Source: Phoronis australis | Lineage: Eukaryota; Animalia; Phoronida | Assembly (NCBI GenBank): GCA_002633005.1 | Contig: NMRA01000220.1 | Span: 337,640 to 401,639, forward strand | Length of the DNA: 64,000 bases | Direction: 5' to 3' | Shown: positions 32,561-44,400 of the stretch, in pieces | Layout of the letters: the number at the start of each line of letters is the position of its first letter | Position numbering within the stretch: the stretch's first letter is position 1 | Position numbers and translations under genes: made by a program | Notes under the pieces: generated by a model | Told to the model about the DNA's origin: nothing | Seen by the model: only the letters and a program-made list of their open reading frames with translations | Databases searched by the model: none

Positions 32561-34114
32561 TTTATGACATCTCACCACAAAAACGGGTAATCACTGAAAA
32601 AGAAAACCATTGTGATAATCTCGCAGATGGTTATGCATATTCCGAGTGGTCAGTTTTAAAGGCTTCGTAGTATTTTTGTTATTCTAGATGTACTGGACCA
32701 TCCAGATAGTCCTAGCAAAGCTTTAGGAAAACATGACTTAAACAAACAAATGCAAACCATACATGAAGTAGCTTTTGCTGACCATACTGCATTATCCTGC
32801 TAACAAAGAACAGCTAACAGCAGTAGTTTTGAACCTTCATTAAGAACCAGAGTATACGTTAGAAAATCAATGTCAGTGGGTGTTGTTGGTAGCTGTTTGA
32901 ATTGTGAAAATGAGAATTCAGACAGTGACCTACGTGAGCCATAAAATAAGTCTGACCATTCATTCCATTTAGCAAGTTATGACTTCAGTATGGTCACAGT
33001 GATTAACTCGCTCTCGGCGTCGTGACAGGGAATTCAGCTTGCACTTCGCCACCATTACAGCGAATTCCGGGTCATTTTGTCCAATTATTTTTTACTTGTA
33101 TTTATGTCTAACCAGTCATAACCAATGGGACTGAGGGGTACTAAGACTAAAAAATTTGGGTAAGATCAACACGTATCTGAGCTAACACGGGTAAAAACAT
33201 ATACCTCGAAGTCCTTTTCCACACGGTAACACTGACAAGATTGACTTGTGAGACATTTTTACAAGTTTTCCGCAACGCATTGTATTCATTCCTTTTAAGC
33301 TTCACTGTAACTTTCAACTGTTCTTTAATCAGAGCACTTGAAAGTGAAACTGAGAGTAATCTCACCCTCACTTCAAACTCCACAGGCACAAACACAACAT
33401 TAGCACTGACAATGTTGTTTTAAAAATGGGCACAAGGATTTTTTGGTACATACGGTAGCCCAAACTTCAATGTAACACATGAACACATATCCAGACACTC
33501 TGGTGTCTGGTAGTGCAGTGGTAATCACTCCAAACCTACCGTAGAATGCTGCTCGTCTGTGCTCGAGTGTCAATACTCAATAGCCAATAGGTGCTTTTCA
33601 CAGACATGCACAAATTCAGTTGGCCCATAGTCTGAATAAAAGCCCACTTGCACTCGGTTGGTTGGTTCAGTTTCATATAACAATTGCAAATTGGAAAGTG
33701 AAACCACTCGGTGACATCAATCCAGAGGTTGAAATACACTCAGGCTAGTGCAAGAGGCCGTGCCACAAGTGAAAACTGAATTCTGAACTGAAAAGCGAAA
33801 CACTCTGAAGCCCTCACATTGAATGAAAGTTACATTCAAATAGTATTTCGTGGACTATTTCTTGGCCATAGACATAGCCACAGTCGTAATATAGCAACCT
33901 GCGTTACAGTTTCAATGAATGCGTTCCTCCTTACTTCCTCGAGAACTTTCCTCGTTTAGAAAACAACAAATGCAACTATGGCTCACCCTGCCATCTAGTG
34001 TGAACTGTGAGGTACATACGCTTCAGTGCTCCGGCTGAGATCAGTGGAAGACGTCCAAATTAAGGTTTAAAATTTTAATTGCTGTTGGTGCACTTGCCCG
34101 CCAAACCGTTGCAT

Positions 34115-34189
34115 CGTGGGCGGAGCAGCCGACTGAAAAAAGTGGGGCTATAGCCCCGCCCCCCAGCCCCCTATGATGCGCCGCCAATG
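34115..34189. mobile_element. About 80-bp MITE, CATGGGCGG family
   Basis: cgtgggcgg...cgccgccaatg termini; TGCAT duplicated on both sides. Confidence 0.78.
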
Positions 34190-34299
34190 TGCATGACTAC
34201 TAGCTACAGTACATGTAACTCAGTTCAGAGCGAGTTCTTCTTTGCCGAGACTTGCGCGGAGCAGTGGCGCCGGGGTGGCCGAGCCTACGCCGGAGGGAC

Positions 34300-34497
34300 T
34301 AGAATTTTTCAGTAGGCCCTACGTGGACCTTTTACTGAAAAACTTGAAACGGGGTACTACGTTCAGACCTATGAATTGTGCATTCGCGCCGAATTCCTGC
34401 GGATGTGACTCTAAGTTCGTGTTTTCTCGGACTTTTTGTTTCTCTGAGACCATTCAGTTGACCCCCGGGCCTCGCTCCCGCCCTGGGTGCGCGCATG
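34300..34497. repeat. Dispersed repeat family with TGCGCGCATG end and GAGAAACAAAAAGTCCGA core
   Basis: Related copies at about 36281-36410, 36715-36962, 59395-59650 and 60862-61013. Confidence 0.7.
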
Positions 34498-34743
34498 TTA
34501 ACCTAGCTGGGACGCTTAGCGCTGGACAATGTTGCGTTTTTAGGAAAAGTGCTATGTTTTCCTGGCATCCTGACTTGGATTCCAGTCAAAATCTGGCCGG
34601 AACCCCGGCGATTAATAGCTCAATCATCATGATTCTCCCGTGACTCAAAGATCTCGACGGATGCCTAACACTGTGACCAAGATATCATTAACTTGGGGTA
34701 GCCACGATGTCGTGACCCTAGAATCCACACAAGTTAAGGTAGT

Positions 34744-34960
34744 AATTACAGAAATATGTTTTTCCACAAAGAAAGTATACATATTTTAGGAAATCTGACC
34801 TATACAAGTAAAAAATTAACATTTACAACGAAATTTCTTATGACCCTGCGAGTTGAAATTACAAAAATATTTTTTTCACAAAAAAATATATATTTTAGAA
34901 ATTCTGACGTACAAGTCAAAGAATTAACATTGACAACAAACATTTCTTATGATCCTGAGT
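34744..34960. repeat. Tandem duplication, ~112-bp period
   Basis: aattaca.aaatat...aattaacatt.acaac.aa.tttcttatga.cctg occurs twice. Confidence 0.7.
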
Positions 34961-36280
34961 ACGAGTGACGTTCTTCATGAAATCGGATGCCATACCGAAA
35001 AGGACAGCAGGGAATTGCACTGCTCGTAATTTTTGTGCCTGCTTACCAGAAAAGGTGCATGGTATAAAAACAGATTACAAAATCGGCGATAAATTGTGTT
35101 GTCTTGGGCCTATGTCACAATTTGCCAGCGATTTCACCAATTAACGGTGCCTGTGAATCATGCAACGTTTGCTCCTAAGTCGTTAATGTGCTTAGTTCGG
35201 TATGATCAGCTAGAAAACCAATATGGTTCCTCGGGTATCAGCGAACGGTAAACTTCAACTTAATAGAAAACAAATACAGTCAACAAGAATATCACAAAAA
35301 TAAAAACAAACTGAGTTTTTGCCTGAACAGTAAATCAGATCCTTAATAATCGCGCCAAAAGAAAATAAATTAAAAAATTTTGAAAAAGACTGAAACCCGA
35401 GAAAAAAGGAAATGTGTACATACCTCACGAGATGGATGTTTTGACTTCAAAATCATTTACTTTCATACTGAGGAATTAAATATATAAAAAGGTTGATCGA
35501 TTTCGTGTCTGTGTCACGGCATTGTTTAATTATTATTATTCAAATAACTCTGAAGTTACTGACTGAAAATTTACTTTACAACCGCGTTACTGTATACGAA
35601 ATTTCTCCGCATAGTGTTAATCAAACGAATGCGGAGTACCCAGTTGTCACGTGCTTGCTGGACTAACTAGTAGAAGTCTTGTGCTAACTTCCTAGGTTTT
35701 TCTTTCAATCCAACCTGGGCCCAGTCTCCAATCTTTTTACTCGAAATGGAACTCGAAATTAAGTTTGGCATTTTCTACTCTACTTTTGGGCGAACTCAAG
35801 ATAAGTGTCTATTATTCTATGCTCGAGTACACAATAACTTACTTTAGGACCACTTCCCAGACTAGAACTTCAAAAAAAAACCAAAAAAAACCGCGACATC
35901 CAACAACCAACAAATAGACACAGATAAAGCGACAAATTCTTTCTCTAAGAGTCCATAGATATTTTACAATCTACTTTCACTCGTTTTTTTCATGCCTTGA
36001 ATTCCAAACATGCAGTCACAAAATCCGAAATTATTTTTAAACGATGCACCCCACGAGAAACACTCAGAAGCCTCCTCTGGTGAACGAAAATGACCGGGAG
36101 CCGAGAAACAAGTCTCCAGTGTTAATGGCCTAGAAATTATATTTCGCAAGAGGAATTTACAACGCAAATTAAAGGTACACTTGTGGAGTTCATGTCTCCT
36201 GCACGTTTCATCAACCAGCTTGACGAGTAAAACTTAAAATGGCGATTCAAAAAATACACAATTCCTCATATATAATTGCC

Positions 36281-36962
36281 CATGCGCGCACCCATTTGGC
36301 GAAGTTGGCAAAAAGGTCCGCCTTAGAGAAACAAAAAGTCCGAGAAAACGAGACAAAAGTCCGCAGGAATTCGGCGCCAAAGCACGATTCATAGGTTTAT
36401 AGAACGCTAGAGTTCTGTAACTTATTATGTATAATAACACTAGCTTCTTTTCCGTGAGTTCCGGTGCGTTCTGTCGAGGAGAGATCTTGGGGAAAACTGT
36501 CAAGTCTTCGCTAAATATCGCCATTTGCAAGCGAAACACGCGATTACTTCCTCAGTCAGTGAGATTCTTGCGTCTACTCAACTCTAACAAAGTTTCATTG
36601 CAGTGTCACCGGCGTGAATCTACACAAATACCAAGGACACCGTTGGAAAAAATGAGTTGTTGCACACAGCGCTTCAAAATAATGTGTTAAACCCAATTCT
36701 ATGAGCTTCATTCAGATGTCGGGGCTCGGGGGATCAAACGAGCCCCCCATTTGGCGAAGTTGGCAAAACGGTCCGTCTCTGAGAAACAAAAAGTCCGAAA
36801 AAAAAGAGACAGAAGTCCAATAAAGAAGTACAAACGCTTTATTCTCAGTGGTGCCCTTGCTTTTCTTTTTCTTTTATAATCCGCGCGCTTTTGTGTTACC
36901 AAAAGGTCCACTAAGTACGTCAGGAATTCGAGCCCCCAATATCGAAGGGTGGGTGCGCGCAT
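36281..36962. repeat. Two copies of the TGCGCGCATG-end repeat family
   Basis: cccatttggcgaagttggcaaaa.ggtccg...gagaaacaaaaagtccga occurs at about 36291 and 36746. Confidence 0.7.
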
Positions 36963-38954
36963 ATTTAGTGTTGCACTGAACTTCACCTGCACTTCGGTTT
37001 ACGATTCATGGTGAACTTTTGTGGTATTTTGCCAAGTTGTGATCAAGGCGGCGAGTATTTTTGTCAATATTTAATTTAACTAGGGTGGCAACAATTACCA
37101 TTTAAATGATTCTTTATCTTGTGTATACGTATTAACAACTAAATAGCTTTCAACCTACTACTGTTAAATTTAGGAGAATTGCAACTACCGGTACTTATAT
37201 TTTAAACCTTACGAGGACATAAATGCAATGAGATTAAATAAAAATAATATCATTTACTTGCTTCATTTAGCTTGTACTAGATAAGTGGACAAATTATAAT
37301 CACAACAATGGAGAACTTTTAGCATTTTTTGAAAGAAAACAGTAATTTTTTAGCGTTCATGAGATTGTAAAGATTTAATTGTCAATCAAAACCTAATTAA
37401 AATGGTTCCAAAACTTGTGAAAAACTAGATTGAAAATAGAGATAAGGAAACATATCTTCAGTCCTTAAGTTTTACGACACGATGAGGTTGATGGTAACCT
37501 TTTCTTCAGCACAACTGACGACGAAGAAATATATCAAAACTTAGAAGTTTTGTTGGTGGCAACTGCTAGCTTGGTGCACGACCAGGAAGTCACAAAAGCT
37601 TTCACCCACAAGTATTCCAGATACATGTAACCCTCAACTCGTATCAGCTAATAAAAAACGCACTAAAATTTTGCAAGCTGATTTCCAGATGATTATGACG
37701 TCCACCATATGCTTTTATGTCCCCAAGCACTCCCCAGTTCACTCTCCGTAATTCGTTGAATAGATCTGCATTGCATGTTTCCAAAACCCCACCGAAAAAC
37801 CATAGTTCGGATTTCGTAAGCAACGAAAGTTTGTCACCAAAGAAGGTCGACGATCGCAGTGTTTAGCACATTTTCCCGCGCCGTGGTGTGCTGGAACAGC
37901 TTGACGTGCATGACTGAACAACCCTTTGCTATCAGCACGTCACTTCTGGGCACACGTCTACATCTAAGAGAGCAATAAAGCACACTTTGAAATGCAGCGC
38001 AATCACTTTTTTTCACCGCTACGTTTTTAGACCAGCAGCTTCCAGTGCCAAATAATTTTTGAGAATGCGTACAACATAGACTGCACTCACTAACTACGAC
38101 AGAAAATTTATGTTTGTGGACTGTTACGAAACTTCCAGGGTAAGATGTGCACACTGCTTCATGACATCATACTTGTACGTTGAAGCCAGGGTAGACTTAA
38201 GTTACGCTGGGACCTCGCTAAAAAGCAAGGCTACGCGAGATATTGCCGTTTTAAATCAGAACACGCGATTTTGGCTAGATTTTTGTCGTCACGAAACAGC
38301 CACTGAACTCTACCCAGATATTCGCCAGCACGAGTATTCAACATTTCAGGTAAAAAAACATCATCTACCATTCGTCGAAGGAAGGACTTTGTAGAAATTC
38401 ACACTCCGCCAACCCCCTTACACAACTCGTCTCAAGTCTGACAAATTGGGACAGGATACCGGCCCGACTCCCCTCTAAAAATATTTAAAAACAATGCAAA
38501 ATTCCTCTCAAGTGATAAAAAATGCCCTCGCGGTTCATATCACTTGCTATTCAGTGAACATGTTAGTTTTGGCTACTTGAGGCAGAGCCTGTGAAGGCTA
38601 ACTAAAGGGCTGGGTGGTGGTACGGATGCTGACTGGGGGGGGGGGTTCCCCTCGCCCAAAAAAATCCACTCTCAGAAGACACAGGCACGTTTCCCCTCAG
38701 GTGAACGAGGGGCCCACTTTCAAAACTTGTATCCTGAACATGAGTAAATTAAACCTTGAGGATGGACAGGTAAGAATGCGAAAACAAAAGTACTTTCGTT
38801 GTGGATTTGGTAAAACTGTCTTTCTGTCATCTGCCAACGTGGCTAAACTGTACTTATCTCCCATGAAATTGAGGAACTAGTGAATCAAACACAGTGAAAT
38901 ACCCAACTTAGTTTGGCAGTGACCAGGTAACTGGCGAAAGAGTTGCAAATAAGA

Positions 38955-40221
38955 AACAAGAGCAACACAGAGCGTTGAAATGCGCCCACGAATGCATTGC
39001 AAATGGTGTGCTTTTAGGGTTATTTATTCGTATCATAAAAATGGCCACTACATGGCGCAAAAACATACAAGCCATCCAAAAACAAGAACATGCCATATTT
39101 CATAAAAATCTGTCAAGGAACTTCAGAGAAACAAAGGAAAACAGAATAAAATGAAATTGCCACTAGTGGGCACAATGTCCGTTGGATCCGCCTGAAAGTC
39201 GTTGTCGTCTGTTATCTTCATATAAATACACTTACTAAATTTAGTAAAGATCCTGCAGTGGATTTAGGAGATACAACTATGGGCGCAAAACAAAACTACC
39301 ACTAGGAGGCGCCACAGTAGTCAGTCACCATCATCAAAGGTCGTCTTCACACTGAGAAAATATATGCCAATATTTAAGTGATTTGGTTGATACAGGGGTG
39401 GACGCCAAAAACAAGATTTGAAAACAGCAAAAATGGCCACTGGGTGTTGCAAAACACCTCGATTCCATCCAAAAAACAGGAAGACAGCGTCATCACACCA
39501 ATAGATGCCTATATTTAAAATTTTATGAAAATCTGTTGTGGTCCTTTGAAGATAAAGAGTTAAACGTAAAAAACTAAAATTGCCACTAGGGGGCACACCA
39601 GTAGTCAGATATGTCTGAAAGTTGTCGTCATCCGTAGTCAACGTAATGTAAATACACTTGCTAAATTAAGTAAAGATCCTGCCAACGGTTTAGGACATAC
39701 AGCCTTAGGCGCAAAAAAACAAAACAGCCACTAGGAGGCGCCACAGTAGTCAAAATCGTCGGAAAATCACCGTCAACCGTCCTCTTTATACTAAGCACAT
39801 ACATGCCAATTCTCAAAATAATCCTTTGAGCGGTTTGGTTCATAGAGGGGTGGACCCAAAAAACAGACTGGAAAGCAGTAAAAACGGCCACTGGGTGGCG
39901 CAAACTACGACGAATCCATCCGAAAACGGAAGGATAGCGTCATCTCACTAGTAGGTGCATACATACCAAATTTCATGAAAATCCGTTAACGACTGTTGAA
40001 GATATAAAGCCAAGCGTAAAAAACTAAAATTGCCACTAGGGGGCACACCGGTAGTCGGATCCGTCCGAAAGTTCGTTCATGCCGTCCCATTCATGAATAG
40101 AACATATGTGCCAAATTTCATGAACGTATGTCAAAAGCTTTTGGAGATAGAGCAGCGGACGCCGCCCAGACTGAGATGATGGCATAATGCGTCCACATAT
40201 AAATATGTGGGCGTATAAAAA
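38955..40221 (-). mobile_element. Helentron/HINE-like non-autonomous element with internal ~145-bp tandem repeats
   Basis: Minus strand begins TTTTTATACGCCCAC plus hairpin (40190-40213) and ends ...GTGGGCGCAT...small hairpin...CTCTTGTT. Sub-terminal inverted repeat ATRCGCCCAC; internal array with a ~430-450 bp higher-order period. Confidence 0.75.
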
Positions 40222-41063
40222 GAGAAAGAACAGTTTGCACATAAGGCCTAAAAACGGCATGTTGAAGGTGTTGATTTTAGTGTTGACCGTAGGTTGCTGC
40301 TGGATACCCTGAGCTCCCTCAAGTCAGCCTATGTATAAAGTATAACATTCTTAAACACACCAAGTCCCACTCGCAACGGTAACGCACCTTGCTAAAAAAG
40401 CTGGCAGCAAAAGATGGCACTAAAACATTAATTTAATTGGTGGTGAAAAACATGCATGAGATGTAATGTATAACAATTGAAATCTAAATTCTCAGCTGCG
40501 ATGACTTAAACACGGTTGCACCAATATCCAACCATCTGGTGCGGCCTATCAGCATCCAACATAACCATGAATGTGTTCCGAATGCACACAAAGAATGACC
40601 TACCAAAACAGAAATGAAAACCAGTTTGTAAAAAATCATTACTATTAAAATAAGCTACACGTCGAACAAGGTGAAAGCGTTTTCAAAACGATTCTCACAG
40701 GATGAACAATGCGTAATTGATAACTGACACATGTCAACATGGAATGTCCTAGTGCTTTAGCACAGCTCGTACACCTCTGCCCATAACACTTTCAGTCACG
40801 TCCCCAACTCAGGGTAATAACATGGACTATGTCCCAGTAATACGGCGTCGCATTTCCGTTGTCATCGTACTCTCGCCTCCGCAAGCGAATCTGCAACCGC
40901 ATTGGAAGATGATACCATCATCGTCTACACATTCAACGTAAAATCCATGAAAGTAATGTTACAAAAGACTTGATCTATGTACAGACAGTCCTGTTCAGAT
41001 TCTGACAAACTCAGCAACTGTACTGCTGTCCTCACGCTGACTACCAATGTCCGCCTGTGACAA

Positions 41064-41158
41064 CTATCTCCGTGGAGGGCCTCCCCTGCCTCGCCCACGA
41101 CCTCCGCGACCCCTACCACGACCCCCACGACCTCGTCCACGGGCACCACCTGGACCAC
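41064..41158 (-). CDS. SNRPD1: Sm D1 exon 4 (RG tail), distal duplicate copy
   Basis: Identical coding sequence 326 bp downstream, ttttgtag acceptor, followed by the unique 3' UTR. Confidence 0.7.
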
Positions 41159-41389
41159 CTACAAAACAATAGTCACTAGAAACGAGCAACAAGAAACAAC
41201 ACAAAGCAAACTCAACAACGCATTACTGAAATGTATTCCAAACTAAGGACTTAAAAAGGTTTATATTAAAACAGCATTTCGTNTACAAAAGACTTGATCT
41301 ATGTATACAGACAGTCCTGTTCAGATTCTGACAAACTCAGCAACTGCACTGCTGTCCTCGCGCTGACTACCAATGTCCGCCTGTGACAA

Positions 41390-41484
41390 CTATCTCCGTG
41401 GAGGGCCTCCCCTGCCTCGCCCACGACCTCCGCGACCCCTACCACGACCCCCACGACCTCGTCCACGGGCACCACCTGGACCAC
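41390..41484 (-). CDS. SNRPD1: Sm D1 exon 4 (RG tail), proximal copy
   Basis: ttttgcag acceptor; [31 protein letters not shown]. Confidence 0.85.
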
Positions 41485-44400
41485 CTGCAAAACAATAGTC
41501 ACTAGAAACGAGCAACAAGAAACAACACAAAGCAAACTCAACAACGCATTACTGAAATGTATTCCAAACTAAGGACTTAAAAAGGTTTATATTAAAACAG
41601 CATTTCGTCTGTCAATGGCAAAGACCACAGTGACAAATGTAGATTGACACTATCGATACATTTGCACGAGTATGATGGAGGATACAAATTATAATGTATT
41701 TCTTGTGCATTATTCCAATTTGTATGTGCTGTAAGTGCTCAGGACATGCTGGAGTTAAATCTGCATTTCAGTCTGTTTAGACGATTAAAACAGAAATTGA
41801 ATTGGGTACTTTACTCTCATGAAATTGGTCTCACTAACTTTACAGTGATAGGATTTTATTTCCGTCGTCAACAAAAAAATCAAAACCATTGTAGCCTTAA
41901 GAGAACGTTTATTGGGTTGGTCAAAACTAAAATCGAAAATGGTGCTTGTACGCATTGCCTATGACTTGAGTTACCGGCTCATCCAACAATAATGCAAATT
42001 CGGATGAATTTGGTAATAATCTTACATCCAAATTCATTCAGTTAGTCGTGTCCTTCCTACAGCTACGGACAAGGCAGCTAAAGAGGTGTTTTGCGGAGGT
42101 GAAGTGACCAGTAGCTTTCAATTTGAGTTGACGTTGTAAGAAATAAGTTTAGCTCAATTATTAAATCAATGCAGTAGTAAAGCCTAAATGTTGCTCAAAG
42201 AGCCATGGGAGTCCTTGAAAGCACTCTTGAAATACATGTACCTATCTGATCCATGCAGAGGTTCGAGAAATCTTTCATTTAATACTAAATCCCAGGGCTA
42301 AATGTGACAATTACGATTTCACCTTCAGCCACCTGTAGATTTTATTGCATAAGACACCTTTTTAACTTCTCACTTGCTATGAATATGAAGCTCCAATTTC
42401 ACGAAAGTTGCAATACTAATTGCTACAAAAACAAAATGTGAATGCAGTTTTTTGTGTTCATACAAGTACAAGTAAAACTGATGAAATTGCAGCCCGTTGA
42501 ATCTTAGAACATTTCAATTCTGTGAACAACCTATACAAACGTGACTGGTAAAGATAGTGTGGAAAGCAAGGCAGATACCATTTCTTTACATCAATTTTTA
42601 AAAGTGGGCAGGGTTTGCCAGCAACACACAGAGACAGTTGAGTGAGTAGCCATAATGCATCAGTAAGCTGTCACTCACTCAGTTTATGTAGTGGTGCACC
42701 ACCAAAAAAATTACACTAACAAAATCACATGAAATTCTGATGTTAGTTTGAAAATATTTAGTGTTGTATGAGCATTATTTGGGCTCAAGTTTCAACTGAG
42801 TTAAAGGAGAATGCCACCCGATTTGATTAGTCTTTTTTACCGTCTTAATCGGTCTATATCCACATTGCCTCTTATATGGTCGACCTCAACTTGCCGAGAG
42901 GTGTCGGGTTAACCTGTGAGGAAGGTGAGAAATGACGCCGCGATGTCAGTGGTTCATCTACAGAGCGAATGCTGCTACAGTTATTGTGGTGCGTCGTCCC
43001 CGCATGTCCGATCTACTATGAACAGGGCTTGGAATGACCAATGGCGAAAAACGCGGAAATTTTTACGGCCCGAAACATGCGCGCAGCCAGCCTTGAAATA
43101 GCCGGTGTGGATCTTTTGCCGACAAAAATCGGGACTAAAAAAAAGAAAAAAAAACGGCACCACCTCCGGAAGCGTGCGTCTGCCTCTTTAGCGCGTCCGC
43201 CACTCCCACCTCCACAAATTTTGGCTGCAGTCGTAATGTCGTAGTATTTGTCACCGCGGTTTACAATCGTACGACCCGCCATAGAGGAAATCCACCACGG
43301 CATCCCAGATGCCCCGGCAATGTTGACAATTTATGTTCCTTCCGAAACATAAAGAGCAACTTCCGCTTTTCGAGGTGAAAGTCGTTGGCAACGCCGCGGA
43401 AAGGAAGAAATTTGTGCGGAAATTTTTTATCAAATCCGATTTTTTTACGCGGAAATACGGAAATATAATAAAATACGCGGACAGAACATTTGAAAAAAGC
43501 AGAAATCCGCGTTTCCGCGGAAAATTCAAAGCCTTGTATGAAGCTGCAAAGAAAGCGGGTATATCTTTTTTTTTCGACTTCCTCGAGAGCCCGAAATGCT
43601 TAGGAAGTGGCTCGGGGTAGAGAAGAATGAAAAGTACGCTGTTAATAGCAAGTACGAGGCCATGAAACATCCCTGTGTCTGTGGTCGGCATTTCGTCAAC
43701 AGTGATTTCTCAGACGAATTCCGGCTTACCAAAAAACTATCCATACATTCCGTTGCCTGTGCATGTTCACGGCGCCTCTCTAGTATTTATTGGTCAATGT
43801 ATTCCGGTTCGAACTGATAGCCTGTGAAACATAATGATCCGACCCGTGAAATCTTGGTCTTATGAGCTCTCAACTAAGTCGAGAATGGCACCGGGCAAGT
43901 TGCCATACATGTAGACGTTCATTATTCTGCGTCCTGTTTCCGTTGACGAAGGATGTTATTATACCTGAAAATTTCAGTGATCCATTTTTGTTGTTTTATT
44001 TACGTATATTTATTCTCACCCGAACCAAAGCTTATATAAAAGTGAAACAGTGTCTGTCTCATTAGATACAATTTGTAATGCCTTTGGAGTATTCGTGAGT
44101 GCAAATGTTTTAAGAAGCCAGCAATGAATAAACCACTGCGTTACCGGCTTTAGATGCAATAAAGGTAACTGATCGGGCACCGAGGCCGTGTGAGCATATG
44201 CTAATTCAGTGTTTGCTGACAGAAAGCTGTTGTGAAATAATAACTCGATTTTATATGCTATGGTCACATGTTAGGGGAATCTCATGTTATTTAGATATAC
44301 AAATACATTATTCAAATCATTATTACTGTGCAACCTTTGCCCTGCGGTTCTGTGGAAGGAGAAACCGGCTTCTTCGCGGCCCCGACAAGTAAGTAGATTT

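Noticed and set aside
38990-40160. CRISPR-like repeat-spacer array
   Set aside because: Eukaryotic context, the 'spacers' are homologous to each other, and there are no cas genes; it is a diverged tandem repeat
40925-41544. Val/Gly-rich ORFs ([16 protein letters not shown]...)
   Set aside because: Off-frame translations of the Sm D1 RG exon
43016-43691. Basic and Phe-rich ORFs of 95-146 aa
   Set aside because: They lie within the nested MITE and reflect A-tracts and CGCGGAAA repeats
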